Below the pieces are notes generated by a model. The model worked only from the letters and a program-made list of their open reading frames with translations, was not told where the DNA came from and did not search any database. The position numbers and the translations under genes are program-made. DNA of 62,204 nt, the filler included. It is 6 parts of 6 records of this genome, joined end to end, with 100 filler letters (N's around TTAATTAATTAA, not from the genome) between each part and the next. Parts side by side here need not be neighbours in the genome. Positions count along the whole stretch, not along the records: positions 56,424 to 62,204 come from SRR20825010_1969; 5 more parts are not named here. One strand, given 5' to 3'. Below are positions 58,426 to 62,204 of this stretch, one piece after another (within the stretch, counting starts at the first letter, position 1; every line of letters starts with the position of its first letter).

Positions 58426-59295
58426 ATGACGCTCCCTTTCGACGGCGCGATTTCCAACTTCTTTCAGAACGACGCGCCGAAATCGGTGCGTGAGGCGATC
58501 ACCCGCGCCGACAAGGATGACATCATCGACACCGGCTATCCCTATAGCGAAGGGATGAAGACCAAAGCCTACGACAAAGAGATGGAGCGGCTGCAGATCG
58601 AACTGGTCAAGATGCAGGCCTGGGCAAAGGAATCCGGCGCACGGGTCGTGTTGGTGTTCGAAGGCCGCGATGCTGCCGGCAAGGGCGGCACGATCAAACG
58701 ATTCCGCATGAACCTGAATCCGCGCGGCGCGCGTGTGGTGGCATTGGGCAAACCGTCGGACCACGAAGCGACGCAATGGTATTTCCAGCGCTACATCGAC
58801 CACCTGCCCGCCGCGGGCGAAATCGTATTCTTCGACCGCTCGTGGTACAACCGCGGGGTCGTCGAGCATGTCTTTGGCTTTTGCGACAATGACCAGCGAG
58901 AACATTTTTTCAATCAGGTGCCCGACTTCGAAAAGATGCTGGTGGATGAGGGAATCCACCTGTTCAAGTTCTGGCTCAACGTCGGCCGCGCCGAACAGTT
59001 GCGGCGCTTTCTCAAACGCGAAAGCGATCCGCTAAAGCAGTGGAAGCTCAGCAACATTGACGTCGAGGGGCTGGCCCTGTGGGATTCCTATTCAACGGCT
59101 ATTCAGGAAACGCTGGCCCGCAGCCACACCAGTGTTGCACCTTGGACAGTGGTCCGTTCGGACGACAAGAAGCGCGCGCGCCTAGCCGCCATTCGCCACA
59201 TTTTGACCCATCTCGACTATACCCGCAAAGACCCCAAGGCGATCGGAACCGTCGACCCCAAGATCCTCGGCGGACCAGAGATTTGGGCGGCCTGA
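58426..59295 (+). CDS. ppk2: Polyphosphate kinase 2 (class I-type)
   Basis: [24 protein letters not shown] and DDKKRAR. Confidence 0.95.
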   Translation: MTLPFDGAISNFFQNDAPKSVREAITRADKDDIIDTGYPYSEGMKTKAYDKEMERLQIELVKMQAWAKESGARVVLVFEGRDAAGKGGTIKRFRMNLNPRGARVVALGKPSDHEATQWYFQRYIDHLPAAGEIVFFDRSWYNRGVVEHVFGFCDNDQREHFFNQVPDFEKMLVDEGIHLFKFWLNVGRAEQLRRFLKRESDPLKQWKLSNIDVEGLALWDSYSTAIQETLARSHTSVAPWTVVRSDDKKRARLAAIRHILTHLDYTRKDPKAIGTVDPKILGGPEIWAA

Positions 59296-59311
59296 GGGCC
59301 GCACGCGTGCG

Positions 59312-59935
59312 ATGATGATCAAGAAACGCGGATATCACCACGGCAACCTGCGCCAGGCGCTGGTCGATGCTGCGCTGAAGCTGATCGAGGAAAAAGGCCC
59401 CACCGGCTTTACCTTGTCAGAGGCGGCCAAACAGGCGGGCGTGACGCCTGCCGCCGTCTACCGACATTTTTCCGGACGTGAGGATCTGATCGCCGAGGCC
59501 GCGCTGCAAGGCTATGAGATCTTTGCCGATGTCATGGAATATGCCTATGAAAAGGGCCAACCGTCCGATCTCGCCGCGTTCGAGGCCACGGGCCGCGCCT
59601 ATCTGGCCTTTGCACGCAAATACCCCGGCCACTACATCGCAATGTTCGAATCCGGTATCTCGGTCAACCATTCCTCTGAATTGGCCGCCATTTCAGCGCG
59701 GGCGCGCGGTGTGCTGGAAAAGGCCGCCGAACGGCTCTCGCAGCATATCCCGCCGGAAAAGCGTCCGCCGCCAGCGATGTTTTCCGCCCATATCTGGGCC
59801 TTGTCGCACGGGGTTGTCGAACTGTTCGCGCGCAATTCACCCGGCAGTCAGGCGCCCTTTCCGCCCGAGGATCTGCTGGAAACCGGGATCGGCGTCTACC
59901 TGCGCGGACTGGGCCTGTTGCCTGCGGACAAATGA
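59312..59935 (+). CDS. TetR/AcrR-family regulator (WHG-type C-terminus)
   Basis: YHHGNLR..L, A...GV...A.YRHF and IW...HG. Confidence 0.92.
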   Translation: MMIKKRGYHHGNLRQALVDAALKLIEEKGPTGFTLSEAAKQAGVTPAAVYRHFSGREDLIAEAALQGYEIFADVMEYAYEKGQPSDLAAFEATGRAYLAFARKYPGHYIAMFESGISVNHSSELAAISARARGVLEKAAERLSQHIPPEKRPPPAMFSAHIWALSHGVVELFARNSPGSQAPFPPEDLLETGIGVYLRGLGLLPADK

Positions 59936-59994
59936 GCCGCGACCCCGCAGCCGCAATAGGCTAGAACCCATCTGACAGAGACGATGGAGCAACC

Positions 59995-60855
59995 ATGACC
60001 AAGACCTTCTTTCTGGGCCTGGGCGGACAGAAATGCGGATCGTCCTGGATTCAGGCCTATCTGGCGCGCCAACCGGGGTCCGATTTCGGACGCTTGGGTG
60101 AGTATCAGACCTGGGAACACCGACTTTGCGGCGTCTTTGCCCGTTACCGCACGCCTGAGCCGTCATTTCTGGGCAAGCTGCGCGCCCGCACCAAGGTGGC
60201 CCTTGGCGCGCCCGAACCCGCCGCCCACCTGCGCTGGCGGTTACAGCGCTCCGACAACGCCTATTTCGACTATTTCGCGGGAATTCTGGCCCAACCCGAC
60301 GTGACCCGCACCGGCGACATCACTCCGTCCTATTCGGCTTTGTCCCCAGAGATCCTGACCCGGATACGGGATGGGTTTGCGACCCGCGGCATCCCTGTCA
60401 AGGTCTTGTTCTCCATGCGAGATCCTGTGGACCGCCTGCGCTCGCACCTGCGGATGGAAATGGAAAAGGGCCGTCGCACGCAAAGCGCCGAAAACGATGC
60501 ACCACTGACGGACTTTTACGCCAGCGAAGAGGCAGAGGCGCGCAGTCGCTATGACCTGACCCTGGACGCCATCGAGGCCGTGTTTGCCCCTCAAGACTGC
60601 TTTGTGACCACGTTTGAAACCCTGTTCACCGCCAACGGTATCGCGGATCTGGCCCGCTTTGCCGATGTGCCGATTGACCCCCAAGCGGGAATGCGATCGG
60701 TCAACAGTCGCGCCAAGGGCACTGGTGTCTCTGAGGAACTTGAGGCTGAAATCGCCCGTCACTATGCCCCGGTCTACCGGGCCGTGGCCCAACGCTTACC
60801 CCAAATTTCCGAGGTCTGGCCCTCCGCTCGTTTCGCGCTGAACAGTCCAACCTGA
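59995..60855 (+). CDS. Sulfotransferase-family protein
   Basis: GGQKCGSSW 5'-PSB loop, GDITPSY and MRDPVDRL.S 3'-PB motif. Confidence 0.8.
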   Translation: MTKTFFLGLGGQKCGSSWIQAYLARQPGSDFGRLGEYQTWEHRLCGVFARYRTPEPSFLGKLRARTKVALGAPEPAAHLRWRLQRSDNAYFDYFAGILAQPDVTRTGDITPSYSALSPEILTRIRDGFATRGIPVKVLFSMRDPVDRLRSHLRMEMEKGRRTQSAENDAPLTDFYASEEAEARSRYDLTLDAIEAVFAPQDCFVTTFETLFTANGIADLARFADVPIDPQAGMRSVNSRAKGTGVSEELEAEIARHYAPVYRAVAQRLPQISEVWPSARFALNSPT

Positions 60856-60864
60856 GACCTCCAC

Positions 60865-61902
60865 TTACCAGCGCATGAGCCCACAGTCGATCAACTGCTG
60901 CGGCCCCTCATAAGCCACGGAATTGTCGTCAAGAAACCCGTTCTTTACACCGCGCATCTTGTCCAGCAACTCCGCATAGTATCGGTACTTCGCGGCACCA
61001 TTGGCATGCGCGCCCCATTCCGTCGCCCGCGCGATCTTGTCCGCAAACTGCGCGGTAAAAACAAAATGCGCCACAGTCAGCAAAACCTCAGACGACGGCG
61101 GCAGATTGCCGTAGTGCGATCCGGTCAAGCGGCTTTGTGCATCGCGGCGCACCAGCGGCGTCTTGTGCCGGGGAGATTTCTGAAACGCCTGCGCCTTCTT
61201 GTCTTTCGATGACATCCAGACCCGCTGCCAGCCGCGACGAGTGACTTTAGGCTTGATGTCAAACGCCTTGAAAAGACGAGATGTTTTTGATTCCCCCAAC
61301 AACTCTGGCTGCGCACTGGCCCGCAAACGCACCAATGCTTCGCCTTGAAAATACGGATAGGCCGCGAGCAAATCCGCGAAACTTTGCGGCAGCGCCCCCT
61401 CCAACCCCGATGCCGAGGCCGGAAAGAACTCCACCACAGAGGCCACAGCCGACGGCGCCCCCTCATCCGCCAACTGAGCGACCACCTCGCCGATAGACGC
61501 CACGCCCGGCGGCAAGATCAGGAATTCATCCGCATCCACATAGCCGACAAACGCACCGTCAAAGAACAAATGCGGCAGCGCGATCTTGAAATAGGTTCCG
61601 GTCCGTTCCTCACGCACCTCTCCATCAGGATCGCGATACCGCAACAACGCACCGAAACTGAGATCCGACCGCATGACCACGACATCCGACTGCGCAGTCA
61701 GATACGCAAATGATCCATCGTCCGAGGCATCGTCCCAAATCAGAAACTGTTCAAACCCGATCGCGCGGTGATGCGTCAACCAGGCCGGCAGAAACCCCAT
61801 CTCGTTCTTCATGGTCGAAAAAAGCGTCAGCCGCGCAGGGTCCAAATCCCCCGACACAACCCGCGCCAGTTGCCCCGCATCCTCGATCCCAACGATGTCC
61901 AT
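60865..61902 (-). CDS. Glycosyltransferase family 2-like protein
   Basis: MKNE...LP.WL.HH..IG, DD.S.DGS and VDADEFL. Confidence 0.82.
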   Translation of the reverse strand: MDIVGIEDAGQLARVVSGDLDPARLTLFSTMKNEMGFLPAWLTHHRAIGFEQFLIWDDASDDGSFAYLTAQSDVVVMRSDLSFGALLRYRDPDGEVREERTGTYFKIALPHLFFDGAFVGYVDADEFLILPPGVASIGEVVAQLADEGAPSAVASVVEFFPASASGLEGALPQSFADLLAAYPYFQGEALVRLRASAQPELLGESKTSRLFKAFDIKPKVTRRGWQRVWMSSKDKKAQAFQKSPRHKTPLVRRDAQSRLTGSHYGNLPPSSEVLLTVAHFVFTAQFADKIARATEWGAHANGAAKYRYYAELLDKMRGVKNGFLDDNSVAYEGPQQLIDCGLMRW

Positions 61903-61914
61903 CCGCGCCCCCAG

Positions 61915-61972
61915 TTTCTTCTGTCTTCAAATATCCCGGGGGGCTTGCCGCAGGCAAGCGGGGCAGCGCCCC
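61915..61972. repeat. Rhodobacteraceae REP-like palindromic element
   Basis: TTTCTTCTG...AAATATCCCGGGGG followed by GCTTGCC-gca-GGCAAGC and GGGGC-agc-GCCCC hairpins. Confidence 0.55.
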
Positions 61973-61984
61973 TTCCCACAAAAC

Positions 61985-62012
61985 AAAAAAGAAGGGGCCC
62001 CAAAGGGCCCCT
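61985..62012 (-). terminator. rpsI terminator
   Basis: Minus strand AGGGGCCC-tttg-GGGCCCCT-TCTTTTTT. Confidence 0.8.
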
Positions 62013-62035
62013 GCAATTGGATTGTCCGAAACGAC

Positions 62036-62204
62036 TTAGCGCTTGGAGAACTGGAACGAACGACGCGCTTTGCGCTTACCGAACTTCTTACGTTCAACGA
62101 CACGGCTGTCGCGGGTCAGGAAGCCTGCCGCTTTCAGCGCGCCGCGCAGGCTGGGATTGTACAGCTGCAGCGCCTTCGAGATGCCGTGCTTGACCGCACC
62201 GGCC
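62036..62204 (-). CDS. rpsI: 30S ribosomal protein S9, 3' part (not in the ORF track)
   Basis: Hand translation [10 protein letters not shown]...[33 protein letters not shown]. Confidence 0.96.
   Translation of the reverse strand, partial: AGAVKHGISKALQLYNPSLRGALKAAGFLTRDSRVVERKKFGKRKARRSFQFSKR

Noticed and set aside
1..62204. CRISPR array, rRNA, intact integrase or transposase
   Set aside because: No regularly spaced repeat-spacer run, rRNA-like sequence or recombinase motif found in any contig

Overview
The window is not one locus. It is six unrelated contigs joined by 100-nt N/TTAATTAATTAA spacers, so synteny across a spacer means nothing. (1) 1-28747: AT-rich Bacteroidota (Flavobacteriales-like) chromosome with dnaA, a DnaQ-like exonuclease-DnaE fusion, def, ruvX, dapD, an aconitase 3' end, three DUF1573 paralogs and a tandemly duplicated 'small secreted protein + T9SS CUB-domain protein' module. 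(2) 28848-39554: gammaproteobacterial (Marinobacter-like, inferred) run of about 20 co-oriented cassette-type genes separated by eroded attC-like sites, with gene fragments and a decapitated antitoxin; probably a decaying integron cassette array, with no intI in view. (3) 39655-45496: alphaproteobacterial island edge next to a tRNA-Ser 3' end, with a palindrome cluster, a DUF1611/DgcN-like gene coupled to a PLP racemase, a Cys-rich repeat protein and four small hypotheticals, bracketed by degenerate ~40-bp repeats. (4) 45597-50024: Rhizobiales-like dnaG, the 5' part of rpoD and a partial HAMP-GGDEF-EAL gene. (5) 50125-56323: polyamine locus (decarboxylase 3' end, puuA/puuB-like) containing a hipBA-type module with four 18-bp operator-like sites. 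(6) 56424-62204: Rhodobacteraceae-like metA, hydrolase, ppk2, TetR, sulfotransferase-like gene, GT2 and the rpsI 3' end. The best candidates for undescribed biology are the eroded cassette array, the repeat-bracketed DgcN-like/racemase island and the duplicated T9SS partner module. All family calls come from motif recognition by eye; no searches were run.
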